From assembly GCA_040954595.2 (NCBI GenBank), contig CM082597.2, forward strand, positions 8,835,778 through 8,899,777: a stretch of 64,000 nucleotides of DNA. Reading direction: 5' to 3'. Below the pieces are notes generated by a model. It was not told where the DNA came from. It saw only the letters and a program-made list of their open reading frames with translations, and ran no database searches. This document shows positions 27,612-39,749 of this stretch, piece by piece. The DNA is from Balanoglossus misakiensis. Its lineage: Eukaryota > Animalia > Hemichordata. A program made the position numbers and the translations under genes. How positions within the stretch are numbered: the first letter of the stretch is position 1; every line of letters starts with the position of its first letter.

Positions 27612-27804
27612 ACAGAACCCCATGGCTCGATCGTGCAAGCACGGCGTAACGGTAGTATTTGCATCGAGTGTCTGGCGGTGTATTCTTGCGCCCGTCCCCC
27701 GCACTCGCTGTCGCTCGTGCGGGGGGCAGCAAGAATACACCGCCAGCACGAGTGCAAATACTACCGGTACGCCGTGCTTGCACGATTGAGCCATGGGGTT
27801 CTGT
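27612..27804. mobile_element. GC-rich ~190 bp near-perfect palindrome (hairpin-type non-autonomous element)
   Basis: ACAGAACCCCATGGCTC.ATCGTGCAAGCACGGCGTA... pairs with ...TACGCCGTGCTTGCACGAT.GAGCCATGGGGTTCTGT around a CTCGCTGTCGCTCG centre. Related motifs continue to ~28010. Confidence 0.75.
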
Positions 27805-29563
27805 TTTTATTACATATGTTCATCCCATTTTGAAAAAAAGACCGAAAATGAAAGAAATGAGACCGCGGAATGATATTGCTTGTTTCGTGAACAGGCCACT
27901 CATTTGCATACAGGTATAGCATAATGTTTTTGGTATTGCACTGAGTGCAAATACCGATGTTACGCGCGCGCTCGGTGCAAGTAATCGACGGTACATATGT
28001 AATAAAAACCCTTGCTTCAACCAATTACAGAGCTTCAATCAGACCAAGTAAACCCTGGTATTATAAATTTATGATCTATGTTATACAGGTATAGGACATT
28101 TTGTCTTTCACCATGTTTACACTGGGTAAAATGAGAAACATTTCAGATACCAGGTTCAGGCAGGGAAAAATTTGAGACACTATTTGCCTATGGTAAACAC
28201 AGAGCATTAATCCTTTGAGTCGTTTGTGTCCACACACACAAAGTTTATGTATAGGCACTGCGAGGCTCGGCCCCATAGACAATGGGTTGCGAAGAGGTGT
28301 TAATCATTACACCGGATCAGGTCTGGCTGGCAAAACCGTCTCAAATCTGAAACGTTCCAGGAAGACTTTAATTGTTCACAAAGTATTTTTTATGTCAATG
28401 TTTGAGTTGAGATGTTTCAGAAAACTTTCAATGGTCCCTATGTGAATGCCCTATTTTTAGTTCCTTTGTGTTGTATGTACAAACACATACAAGTTTCAGC
28501 TTTAGGGATCAGTCAGAGCATATTATCAAGCAGTCTGTCTATCGGTTGCTATGTGTGTGTGTGTCTCATCTCCACAAAAATATGTAGCACTACATGTACT
28601 TCATGAATCACAATATACACACAGTGACTGGCTGTGAGGGTAACATGTGGATGACATGATGGTGTTATAATGCTATTAAGTGCAAATGTAAAACCTGGAC
28701 TACAGGCAAGATTTTTGAAAGGACGGTAAATGTTGATGCAAAGAATGTTTGAGTCAGCCTATGCACGTGAACTCAAATATACAGAAAAATTTACAAATCT
28801 TAAAGTAACATTTTCATATGGAATTGTGTACTTTTGAAAATCATTTCAAAATCATGTTATAGACTTGTTGAAAGACTGTTGACTACATCTGATTAAAAAG
28901 AAACATGAAATTCAAGCAATAACCAGTTTTTTACTTCTCTCTTGTACATAATCATCATGACATGATCAATAGGTCATTTTCATGATCCCTATGTGACTTC
29001 TTGACTTGCATATTCATTGGAATGAATCCTCTATTTTGAATTAAAACTCTGTAAGTGCCAATAATATTCACTAATTTGAATTCCCATTTTGATCTATTTT
29101 TTGAAAAACTTTTCGCCATGTATAGCTCGCACTATTTCTACAAAACAGGGACAAATTGGCTGAATTTCCAATGTTGTGTTAACTGTTTTATTAATCATGA
29201 GGAAAAAGCGCCGGGCTTATAACTTCCACGGGCGCGCCCAACATTATTTGGGCGATACCATTTTGTGGTTGGTGTCACTGGCAAACATGCACCGGACTTC
29301 TGATTTATATACTACATGTACTAGGGTCTCACTTGTTGCAACAGTGTTAAAGAAATCAAACGGTTTTGTTTTGGCCGGTAAACACCGATGGATTCACTCT
29401 TAAGTCCATCGTGCATCCAAACGCAGTCGAGTCGGTTCGGTCATTGTTTATGCGACAGTAAATGCCAAATGTGACAGAAGCATCATATTAAATGAGATAG
29501 AATACACAAACAAACAAAGATACGAATAAACAAACAGGCAAACAAACAAACAAACAACCATGA

Positions 29564-29816
29564 AGGACTGTTCAGAATTTACTTCCAAGTTGGGGATGGA
29601 GGATTTTTTATTTTCCTGGTGATTTTTTCCCATGGTCTCCCCTAGTAAATTGTGGAGGAAATATGTGGTCCCCCCTTAAATTTCCTGGGGATTTTCCATG
29701 GTCCCCCTATTGTGACTTTTATGTCTAGTCTCCCCTAATTTGTCTTGGAGAAAATGAGTGGTCCCCCCCCCCTCTGAAAATTCTCCGCCCCCTGGAAGTA
29801 AATTCTGAACAGTCCC
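29564..29816. mobile_element. PIF/Harbinger-like MITE
   Basis: TIRs GGACTGTTCAGAATTTACTTCCA / TGGAAGTAAATTCTGAACAGTCC, flanked by TGA and TTA. Internal TGGTCCCCCC repeats. Confidence 0.8.
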
Positions 29817-29832
29817 TTATTAAAGCCAACAG

Positions 29833-30016
29833 CTAGCACCCTGGCTTCTCTGCCAGAGGAGCGATAACATCGACAAAATGCAGATACACAAGAAATGAGC
29901 ACTTTATTCCACAAGTGAAGTAGTCTGTTCCCTGCCCCATTCCCACCGCTGGCTGCGCCCTTGAGCGTAGCGCCGATGGCAGTGGGAATGGGGCAGGGGA
30001 CCTAGTCCAGGAGCTA
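29833..30016. mobile_element. Small CTAG-bounded element with GC-rich internal hairpin
   Basis: CTAGCACCCTGG...CCAGGAGCTAG ends. Internal stem CCCTGCCCCATTCCCAC / GTGGGAATGGGGCAGGG. Confidence 0.55.
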
Positions 30017-33000
30017 GATGCCGTTAATCAGAATTTTTGGTAAGGAAGGTTTGAGAGGTCCATTCTATGTAAAAAATGGTGCTGATTCCAAAAATGTCAG
30101 TCTTATTGACCCCACTCAAGACAAAATTGCCATTTTGGCCATTTTTAACCCAAAAATGGTGTTTTTTTAGAAAACACTAAAAACACACTGTTTTCGTCAC
30201 ATTCTAAGATCTGATGACATATGATATGCCTATTCTATGTAAAATTTGGTGAATATTACGAAAAAAATAGTTCGATTGACCCAAAACAACAGAAAATTGC
30301 CTTTTTGACCATTTTTTGCCAAAAAAACGTCATTTTTAGAAAAAAATTAAAAAACACGGTTTTCTTCATAATAGTTGATCTGGTGATATATGGAAAGTCA
30401 ATTCTATGTTAAAAGTGGTGACTTTAAAAAAAAAAGCAGTCTTTTTGACCTCAATCAATACAAAAATGCCATTTTTGGCCACTTTTTGAGGTCAAAAAAG
30501 GTCATTTTTACAAAAAAACTAAAAATAAATTGTGTTTTTCATATTCAGAGATCATTGGATATATGAAGTGTCCATTCTATGTAAAAAACGGTGCTGATTT
30601 CAGAAATAGCAGTCTTATTGACCCTACTCAAGAAAAAAAATGCCATTTTTGCCACTTTTTGCCCCAAAACGTCATTTTTAGAAAACACTCAAAATTTATA
30701 TATTTTCTTCACTTATATGCCCATCCTATGTAAAACTTGGTGATTATTCCAAAAAAGCAGATTTATTGACCCAACCTAATGCAAAAATGCCCTTTTGGAA
30801 AGTTATTACCCAAAAAGGCCGTTTTTAGAAAAAAAAATTAAAAACAAACTTTTCTTCATAAAGCTCAGAGATCATGTGATATATGAAGTGTTCAACCTAT
30901 GTAAAAAATGGTGCTAATTCCAGAAATAGCAGTCTTATTGATCCTACTCAAGAAAAAATGCCATTTTTGCCACTTTTTGCCCCAAAAACGTCATTTTCAG
31001 AAAACACTCAAAATTTATATATTTTCTTCACTTTCGGAGATCTGATAATGTATTATATGCCCACTTTATGTGAAAAATTTCCAAAAAAGCAGTTTTATTG
31101 ATGCCACCCAAGATAAAAGTGCCCTTTGGCAAGTTTTTGCCCAAAAAGTGTCATTTCTAGAAAACACCCAAAACTTTTATATTTTCTTCACTTTCGGAGA
31201 TGATGATGTATTATGTACCCACTCTATGTGAAAAAATTCAAAAAAAAATTACTAGCGCCACTCAAGAAAACAGTGCTTTTTTGACAAGTTTTTGCCCAAA
31301 AAGCCACTTTTCGAAAATCATTATAAACAAACTGTTTGATTCTTATTTGGAGATTCTATGATGTGTGAAAAGTACATTTATTGTAAAATAGGTGTTGATT
31401 CCAGAAATGCAGTCTTAATGACCTCAACCATGATGAAATCACCTTTTTGGCTAAGTTTTGCACAAAATTGTTATTTTTAAGAATATATTAATAAGCATTC
31501 TCTTTTCTTCACTTTCGGTGATCTTATTATAAATAAAAGCCCATTCTATATTGAAACGTGGTTACTGTTCCAAAAACGGAAGTCTTACTTACCCTATTCA
31601 ATTGAAATTTGTAATTTCGGCCACTTTTTTGGTCAAAAATGTTCATTAAAAACAAACAAACTAAAGACAAATTGTTTTCTTCATATTCAGAGATCTGATC
31701 ATGTATGAAAAGTCCATTCTGTGTAAAATTTGGTGACTATTCCAAAAACGGCACTCTGGTTGTCAAAATTGCCTTTTTTGCTATTTGTAGCCAAAAATAG
31801 ATCTACTCAAGAAAAAAATTATCATTTTAGCCATTTTGTACCGAAAAAATGTTTGTATTTGGAGTTTTTGCAAAATTAGCCCAAGTTGAACTCATAATGA
31901 TGATGAAACAGCGTCGAGAGGAAAAGAAGTTACGAATGGAACAAAACTCGCGTCAATGAATGTAAACACGCCGCCCGGGACCAAGCTCTAAACATGATAC
32001 AGATGACAAAAGAAAGGCATTGCACATTGCCCAAATATTCCCATACAGCAGTTCCAAATTAAAACGTCAAGGGTTTTATGTTTATTTAGTTTAAACCCAC
32101 ATTTTCCCTGCTGCGTGCTAGTTCAGGGGCCAGTTTTAGCAGTGCTCTATTGAGTATTCTAGCATCGTTGCACTCCTGTCCAATCAGTATGACGGAGGTA
32201 TCATGATATAAATTATAATATAATTTCTGATTTTGTATTCAGATTGAAGAGAATAAATTTCAACACTCTCTCCCGAGCTGGCATATCTGAACCTAAATAT
32301 TCCACACCACGCATAATCGACTTATAGTAGACAGTGCGTATACATGGATCATCTTATTGTTAAGTTCAGTTTTGGGCTAAATTTGCCAAATTGTGGCAAC
32401 CCTGTCTTTCAATATCATCAATTTAATTGACATTATATGGTTGTGGCGTTTTAAATATGCATATACAACATCAGAACACAAAAGGCAAAAACATCAATTA
32501 TATTTGTTTTCTGAAAATGCCTATTGTTGACCAAAAGATGGCTAAATGGCAATTTTGTACTGAGCGGGGTGTCTCAATAAGACCGTTGTGCTGGTATCAG
32601 CATATTTTTTGCACACACACACACACAAAAAACGAATTTACATACATCACAAGGGCTCTGAATATAAAGGAATAAGTTTGTATTTATTTTTTCTAACAGT
32701 TACCTTTTTGAGCAAAGAGGCCAAAATGATATTTTTTTCCCTCAGTGGGGTCAGTAAGAGTGGGTTTTTTAGTACTTTTATTTATCATTTGATCACCAAT
32801 GGGAAGAAAATGGCATAATTTTCGTATTTTCTAGAAATGACACTTTTTGGGCAAAAACTTGCCAAAAAGGCACTTTTATCTTGAGTGGCATCAATAAAAC
32901 TGCTTTTTTGGAAACTTTTCACATACAGTGGGCTTATAATTCATTATCAGATCTCCGAAAGTGAAGAAAATATATAAATTTTGAGTGTTTTCTGAAAATG

Positions 33001-33991
33001 ACGTTTTGGGGGCAAAAAGTGGCAAAATGGCATTTTTTCTTGAGTAGGATCAATAAGACTGCTATTTCTGGAATCAGCACCATTTTTTACATAGGATGAA
33101 CATTTCATATATCACATGATCTCTGAGCTTTATGAAGAAAAGTTTGTTTTTAATTTTTTTTCTAAAAATGGCCTTTTTGGGCAAAAACTTTCCAAAAGGG
33201 CATTTTTGCATTAGGTTGGGTCAATAAATCTGCTTTTTTCGAATAATCACCAGATTTTACATAGGGTGGGCATATAATACATTATCAGATCTCCGAAAGT
33301 GAAGAAAATATATAAATTTTGTGTGTTTTCTGAAAATGACGTTTTGGGGCAAAAAGTGGCAAAAATGGCATTTTTTCTTGAGTAGGGTCAATAAGACTGC
33401 TATTTCTGGAATCAGCACCATTTTTTACATAGAATGGACATTTCATATATCCAATGATCTCTGAATATGATAAACACAATTTATTTTTAGTTTTTTTGTA
33501 AAAATGACCTTTTTTGACCACAAAAAGTGGCCAAAAATGGCATTTTTGTATTGATTGAGGTCAAAAAGACTGCTTTATTTTTTAAAGTCACCACTTTTAA
33601 CATAGAATTGACTTTCCATATATCACCAGATCAATCATTATGAAGAAAACCGTGTGTTTTATTTTTTTTCTAAAAATGGCGTTTTTTGGTTAAAAATTGG
33701 TCAAAAAGGCAATTTTCTGTTGTTTTGGGTCAATCGAACTACTTTTTTCGTAATATTCACCAAATTTTACATAGAATAAGCATATCATATGTTATCAGAT
33801 CTCAGAATGTGACGAAAACAATGTGTTTTTAGTGTTTTCTAAAAAAGACCATTTTGGGGTTAAAAATGGCCAAAATGGCAATTTTGTCTTGAGTGGGGTT
33901 AATAAGACTGACTTTTTTGGAATGAGCACCATTTTTTACATAGAATGGACTTCTCAAACCTTCCTTACCAAAAATTCTGATTAACGGCACC
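30017..33991. mobile_element. ~4 kb foldback element with ~1.2 kb inverted arms built of ~170 bp tandem subrepeats
   Basis: TA|GATGCCGTTAATCAGAATTTTTGGTAAGGAAGGTTTGAGA... mirrors ...TCTCAAACCTTCCTTACCAAAAATTCTGATTAACGGCACC|TA. The subrepeat marker ATTCTATGT recurs at ~30062, 30232, 30401 and 30574. No transposase ORF. Confidence 0.92.
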
Positions 33992-36219
33992 TATCTCATA
34001 GTGTAACCAGACTACAAGTGAAGAACCCCAGTAACAGACGTAACGAACAAACAAACTACATGTACTAACAACAAAGCAAGAAAAGTGTCAAGCGTCGTCA
34101 AAGAAAACGAAATAGTTCGAGCATGGTTGGTAAAAGTTATTGGTAGAAAACGAATAGGGCCTTCTACAAATGACGTCTCAGACCCGCAAACGCCACCAGA
34201 ACACAAAACACATGCACAGAACAGTTTAAGCCGGTTGTTGTATGGAGCAGCAATAATCTGCGGTTGGGCCGTCGTAGATTTTCGCTGGTGGTGAAAATAA
34301 ATAAAACACGATCGATGTTCGATTTATTCCAGATCACATGCGTTTACGGCCAGAAGAGAGCATAAAAGTCTTCAAATGACCATGTGGTGGCGCACTTTTT
34401 CCGATTGGCTGTATTTCAATTTGTTCGTGGTAAATTAATTTTGTGGAGGTGACCGGCACTGAAGCTCTTAGCTAGGATGAGGTGGGATGGAAAAATGCCC
34501 CATTTGACTCATTTTAGCTGTTTTAAAATATACGACTATTTATAGACAAAAGGAAAATAAAACAAGCGCAAAAACATACCAAACCTAGTTTTATTAATTA
34601 CAAAAAAATTGCTGAGTAAAGGTTTTCATGTGGGCATTCACTTTGAACTTGCTAAATTAATTTAAAGAGACAAAGTCGCTCTCTCTTTGTCCTTTTGCGA
34701 TGATGGAATGCTTGCTTGAAGTCTCTCGTGCAATAAATGATGTCGATTCATACATGTATGGATGGTGTATAGGTGGTCGGAATTTACATGTCTTTGCCAC
34801 GTCCAAACCAAAAACACATAAAATCAAACTTTGGGTCATGAAATCGAGTTTTGTTACAGTCTAGAATTTCATGCCACCCCTTTTGGTCATATTATTCTTG
34901 GTAGGCAAAAGTGACAAGTAGTCAAGTTTCAACACAGGCAACATTTTTACAAAAAACCACAAAGAAGACATCAAAAGGGAGAGAATTATAGAATGGTCAA
35001 TGTGTGAATAGTTAAGATACGTAAAGTGGCCGGGTTCAACATAACATTAACTCATCGACTTCATATCGTCTTCATGCCATGGTTTTGCCTGCCCTGAAAG
35101 TTCTTGTCGTTGCAGAAGTGGTTTTGACAGAAAGAATTTAGTCTTCCGGGATGTTTGTGATTATTTGAACACCAGACAATACAATGCAACCTTGACTTCC
35201 AAAATACTTACCGGCATTGCATTATCTTACCATGGTTAGGCCTACAGAGAACAAATTTTCAACAATATTTTCTGAGTTACCGCTGATATTTGTTTTGTAG
35301 TATGGATATTAAATTATACATCCCGATACAAAACAGAATGTTATAGAATCCTTCCTGAGTGATATTGAAAAAAATACCGGAATGCTATAGCCTAATCTAT
35401 GGTTAGGGTTATTGCTATTATTTTATATCAGTAATCGACTTTGTGTATATCAATGTCATTTTCATAACGAAAATGAACTCGAGTCTAATGTAAACGTTAC
35501 GAATTGATCGAAAGGCGCTCTGATGAATGTTAACACGAGTGCGCAATGACAAGACATGCATCGTGCATGACAGTGACAACAGTTCCAATAGAGCAGTTAA
35601 AAAATAAACCGGCCGTCCGTAAATTTATCAGCTATATTTTTTTTTATTTAGTCACGTTTTCCCTGTTGCATGCTATTAGTTCAGGGGCCAGTTTTAGCAG
35701 TGCTCTATTGAGTACTTTCGTATCGGTGGATTGATCTCTCGTCCAATCAGAATGGCGGATGGTAGCATGATCCGACATATTGCGTATTACAATAGGGCTT
35801 CCTCATACAGGTCAGAACAGAGAGGTCATTCCTTTTATTTTAGGACGTCTCAGCTCCTTTGTCTTTTCTGTTATTTTTTGACAAATGCGGATTGACGTTC
35901 CATTTCCAATTGGCGATAATTATATTTATTTGTATTTCATTGCATAAGCGCTTGCTAGTCGTTTTTTAGCAATTTTTTTTGTAGTACAAAAACACTGAAG
36001 AAAACGAAATATTTTATTCATTCGCACTTCCAAAGAACACCGTGACATAATTCCTCAATTTGCATTTCAGTGTGTGTGTCTGGTGTGTCTGCATTGACGT
36101 GAGGCGCATTCTCCACCCGCACACATACGTTGCATTGCATTCTTTGACTAATTAGTGTTACGTCATGTTGAAGCAGGATTCTGATTGAGTAGTAAGTAAG
36201 TTGCATAATTGACGCACAG

Positions 36220-36334
36220 CTGGTGCCTCGTTCTCGTACCGCTGACCATTGCATTTGAAAAATCATTGCAGCTTTGACGTTCATCAAGCATGGAGGTCCC
36301 GGTCGCCTCCATGCTTGATGATGTCGTTTCTCTG
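36220..36334 (+). other. Candidate exon E0 containing a perfect 15 bp stem hairpin
   Basis: Acceptor TTGCATAATTGACGCACAG is paralogous to those of E1 and E2. Stem CATCAAGCATGGAGG / CCTCCATGCTTGATG (36282-36320). Donor G|GTAAGCAT. Confidence 0.5.
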
Positions 36335-36579
36335 GTAAGCATGGCATTTAATGTTATTTTACAAGTACATGTACACTCCTTCTAGCAAAAACTGGTCGTG
36401 GTAGGGCGAGAGGGTCCTCCCAACATCGAAATTCTGACTTTGGGAAGCGTTACAGCACCAAACAGTAAACTCACAGTCGCATGGAATTTGTGCGTTATAT
36501 TACACCGTGCGAGTAAATTGTACGTCGTTCGTTGGCTCGAGTCAGCTTTGTTATTGTGGAGCAGGTGGTACCGTAACAC

Positions 36580-36996
36580 CACAGGGGGCTCTCCCTAGGC
36601 GATTTTATTGTTTGTTTGTTGTTGTTGATTGGCATAATAAACAAATACATATTTCTTTATTAATAAATATGGTTTGATGACATGTAAGGGTTAGGTTATT
36701 AGGGTATATTTGACAGGTTATGGTATATTCAACGGTTAGAATTAGTGTTGGCATTTTTTCGATCCATGGCCGGCATCACCCCCCCCCCAAACCCCCCCCC
36801 CCCACCCCCTGTGGCTTAGTGATGCCCGGGGCCGTGGATCGAAAAAAATGCCAACAGTAACCCTAACTGTTGAATATACCCTAACACTTACATGTCAACA
36901 AACCATATTTATTAATAAAGAAATATGTATTTGTTTATTATGCCAATCAACAACAACAAACAAACAATAAAATCGCGGAGGGAGGAGCCCCCTGTG
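36580..36996. mobile_element. Fully palindromic MITE with 7 bp TSD, P-superfamily-like
   Basis: GTAACAC|CACAGGGGGCTC...GAGCCCCCTGTG|GTAACAC. Arms of ~190 bp surround a poly-C loop. Confidence 0.88.
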
Positions 36997-37110
36997 GTAA
37001 CACACTACAGTATAACTTTTAAGGCAAAGCGATAGCGAATAAACTGACCAGGGTTGGTTTTGTTGTTGGGGAGATTTTTGGCACCATTGAGACTGTTATA
37101 AGCTACCAGT

Positions 37111-37156
37111 GGGAGCTATGGTATAGCCGTTAACACGCAGCCCTGCCACGCAGAGC
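37111..37156 (+). other. Possible tRNA-Gly-like 5' half (SINE head fragment)
   Basis: TGGTATAGCCGTTA is A-box-like and is followed by CCTGCCACGC, resembling a GCC anticodon arm. No B-box; it ends at the duplication breakpoint. Confidence 0.3.
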
Positions 37157-37199
37157 TTCTATGACTGGTTACTAACTTCTATGTCTATTTGATTCACAG

Positions 37200-37274
37200 A
37201 TGCTGCCTGAAACTGTCTGCGTTTCAACTCGGGATTCTCTTCCTTGTCCGGGGCGAGTTTAAGACCGCTCAATG
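37200..37274 (+). other. Candidate 75 nt exon E1
   Basis: TACTAAC branch-point match upstream, TATTTGATTCACAG acceptor, ATG|GTAAGCAT donor. Confidence 0.6.
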
Positions 37275-37516
37275 GTAAGCATGACTTGCTTTATATTTGC
37301 TTTTATCGGGTGTTGCAACCGAAACAATAGGAAGAAATGTATGTCTACGAACTAATTTACATATTCCAGCTTTCAATACAATGTACCTGTTTTTTCCCCT
37401 TCGAATTCTGGCCTCGATTGCTTGTGATATGATCGTGATGTCATGAATTAGATGGACAACTCACAAGTTCAAATCTTCACGTGGAGCATAAAATAAATGT
37501 GGATGCATTTCCTTAA

Positions 37517-37863
37517 AGGGACAAAGTCTCTCTCTCGCTGCCCTTTTTTCCATTAATTATATTTGATACAAGACACCGTTTGTTATTCTACATGTAGATA
37601 TATAGTGAATGAACGTTCAGCCACACACAACTTCCGTCCCACTTGTAGACACGAGAGTAAAAATACTCGCCAAAATGAATAATCGTTCTTTACCATTTAT
37701 TCATTTTGGGCGAGTTTTTACTCTCATATCATACAAGCGGGATGGAAGTTTTGTGTGGTTGATCATTTATTCACTATATATCCAAATGTACATTGACATA
37801 AACAGTGTCTTGTATCAAACATAATTAATGGAAAAAGGACAGCGACAGAGAGACTTTGTCCCT
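37517..37863. mobile_element. Family A Kolobok-like MITE copy 3, with paralogous empty site
   Basis: TTAA|AGGGACAAAGTCTCT...AGAGACTTTGTCCCT|TTAA. The duplicate region has a single TTAA at 43982-43985 (GCATTTCC-TTAA-CCATATAGC). Confidence 0.95.
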
Positions 37864-38201
37864 TTAACCATATAGCTAAAATTACTCCCATATCAATACA
37901 CAGGGAGATACTTTAACTTTGGCTGAACGTGTGCTAGTCCAACACTATGCTTAATCAAACTGGCTAAGAGATCTGTTATTATATTAGACGCATGAAGGAA
38001 AGTAATGTTGTTTAGAGTGAAATAAAACAATACTTTAGGCCAGAAAGAAAAATGTAAATCATGACACAAACAGGCTGGAAATTTTTTCTGACCCTATATT
38101 ATACCATGTTTTGCATATTTTCACTAATTTGTATGGCCCACATAATTCTAAAGCAAGGTTGATTGGTTACTAATTAATATTTGCATATATTTGATTCACA
38201 G

Positions 38202-38274
38202 TCTTAAACACAGCATTTCAACGTATGCCGGAGGAGGAAGAGAATACCTAGGCCTGATCCAAGACCGCTTTCCG
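38202..38274 (+). other. Candidate 73 nt exon E2
   Basis: TATTTGATTCACAG acceptor and CCG|GTAAGCAC donor. Identical in sequence to 44938-45010. Confidence 0.6.
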
Positions 38275-39749
38275 GTAAGCACACCTTGCTGTTTACATGC
38301 TCCATAGCTTGTTTGTAAATGCTACCTTTTCCCATCAAATAGTGAAGTCACCCTTTTAAAATTATGGTGGTGGCAAGCCACAACTGGTTATCATGAAGAG
38401 TTGGACACCACTAATAATCATTTTAATATTTTCCAATTGGTAACCTTTATGTACCACTATCCTCAACAATTTCAGTCAACAAGATTCATATTGCGCTGTA
38501 TAGCAAGGCCAAACAAATATGACTGATTGATAGGGATTTTTCTGAAAATGTGACAAAATCAACAAATAAACAATAATCAGTCACCAATCATGCATTATGT
38601 GTTATTCGAGGGAACCTGAGCGGGTCCCATAAACCTGCCAACCCATGCTAGCCATGACTTTACAAATGTTTCCGTCATACTATGCAGAAAATTCTGGCTG
38701 CCTTAAATAGGTTTTTCACTTTGCGCTAGGTGTCAAATCTCATTGCATTCTGGGCGGAAAGTCCATAACCAACTGTAGTAAGAGATAGAAGAAATGATAT
38801 GTTTACTGTATTTCATGACTTCCTTCGGTCAAACATTTCTGTCTCGGTAGTTAGCATATTAAACTTTTTTTCACTTTTGCTATTTTTTCTGTTAAAAAGT
38901 TCAAGAATGACCCATCATCATTTTAGCTTATGAACTCCCATTTCTTTAACATGGCAAAAATCGGCCATCTTGAAATTATCGACCGTATGAGATTTTCATC
39001 ACTCATTTAGGGTAGCTTAAAACGTGTTTAAAGTAGGGAGAATTGTATAGGCAAGACTTGGGCTGTAAATTTGATGAAATAGCTACATGACTATTGTTCA
39101 CAAGCAGCTGACTGTACTGTAAGACTGGAAGTGTTGTGTACATATTTTACATATTCAATATTTGTAATTAGACCATGTCATGTATATCTTGGGGATTGCT
39201 CGATCACAATGTCTCTGCTGGTACAATGTCCTTTTAACATGTTCAGTAATATGGTAGTAATTGTAAGTTTGTGTGCGGCATTTGTAAATTATTTACAATT
39301 TATAAATTATTTTGTAAGTTTCTTCATTCTCAAATTGCTTGCCTAACGTACTGCATTAACATTTAAATTTTGGTATGATTTTGAGTAGACTTTTTGTTTC
39401 AAAATTATTTTTGACACTTTTGGGTGATATGATTTTACATGGAAAATCTGATTTCCCTGTAATTCGGTTGACAGGATTTTCATCATATCTCTAAATCATG
39501 AAGTACATGTATCAGACTTGCATCAGGCCCCCAAAATTCTAGTCGCCTTTGGCAAGTAATATTAGCCATTAATCTGGGAAAGTTACAAAAATGTGTTGTC
39601 CAAGGACGTTGAAGGTACATGTGGTTTTTACACTTGCTGCATGTTTATAATTTGCAATAGAAATAGACACTCAGTGCCAGCCCACTATCCCGTCTCCTTA
39701 TTGCTGACTTGTATGTATGTACGTATGTACGCATTTTATCAGAATTATT

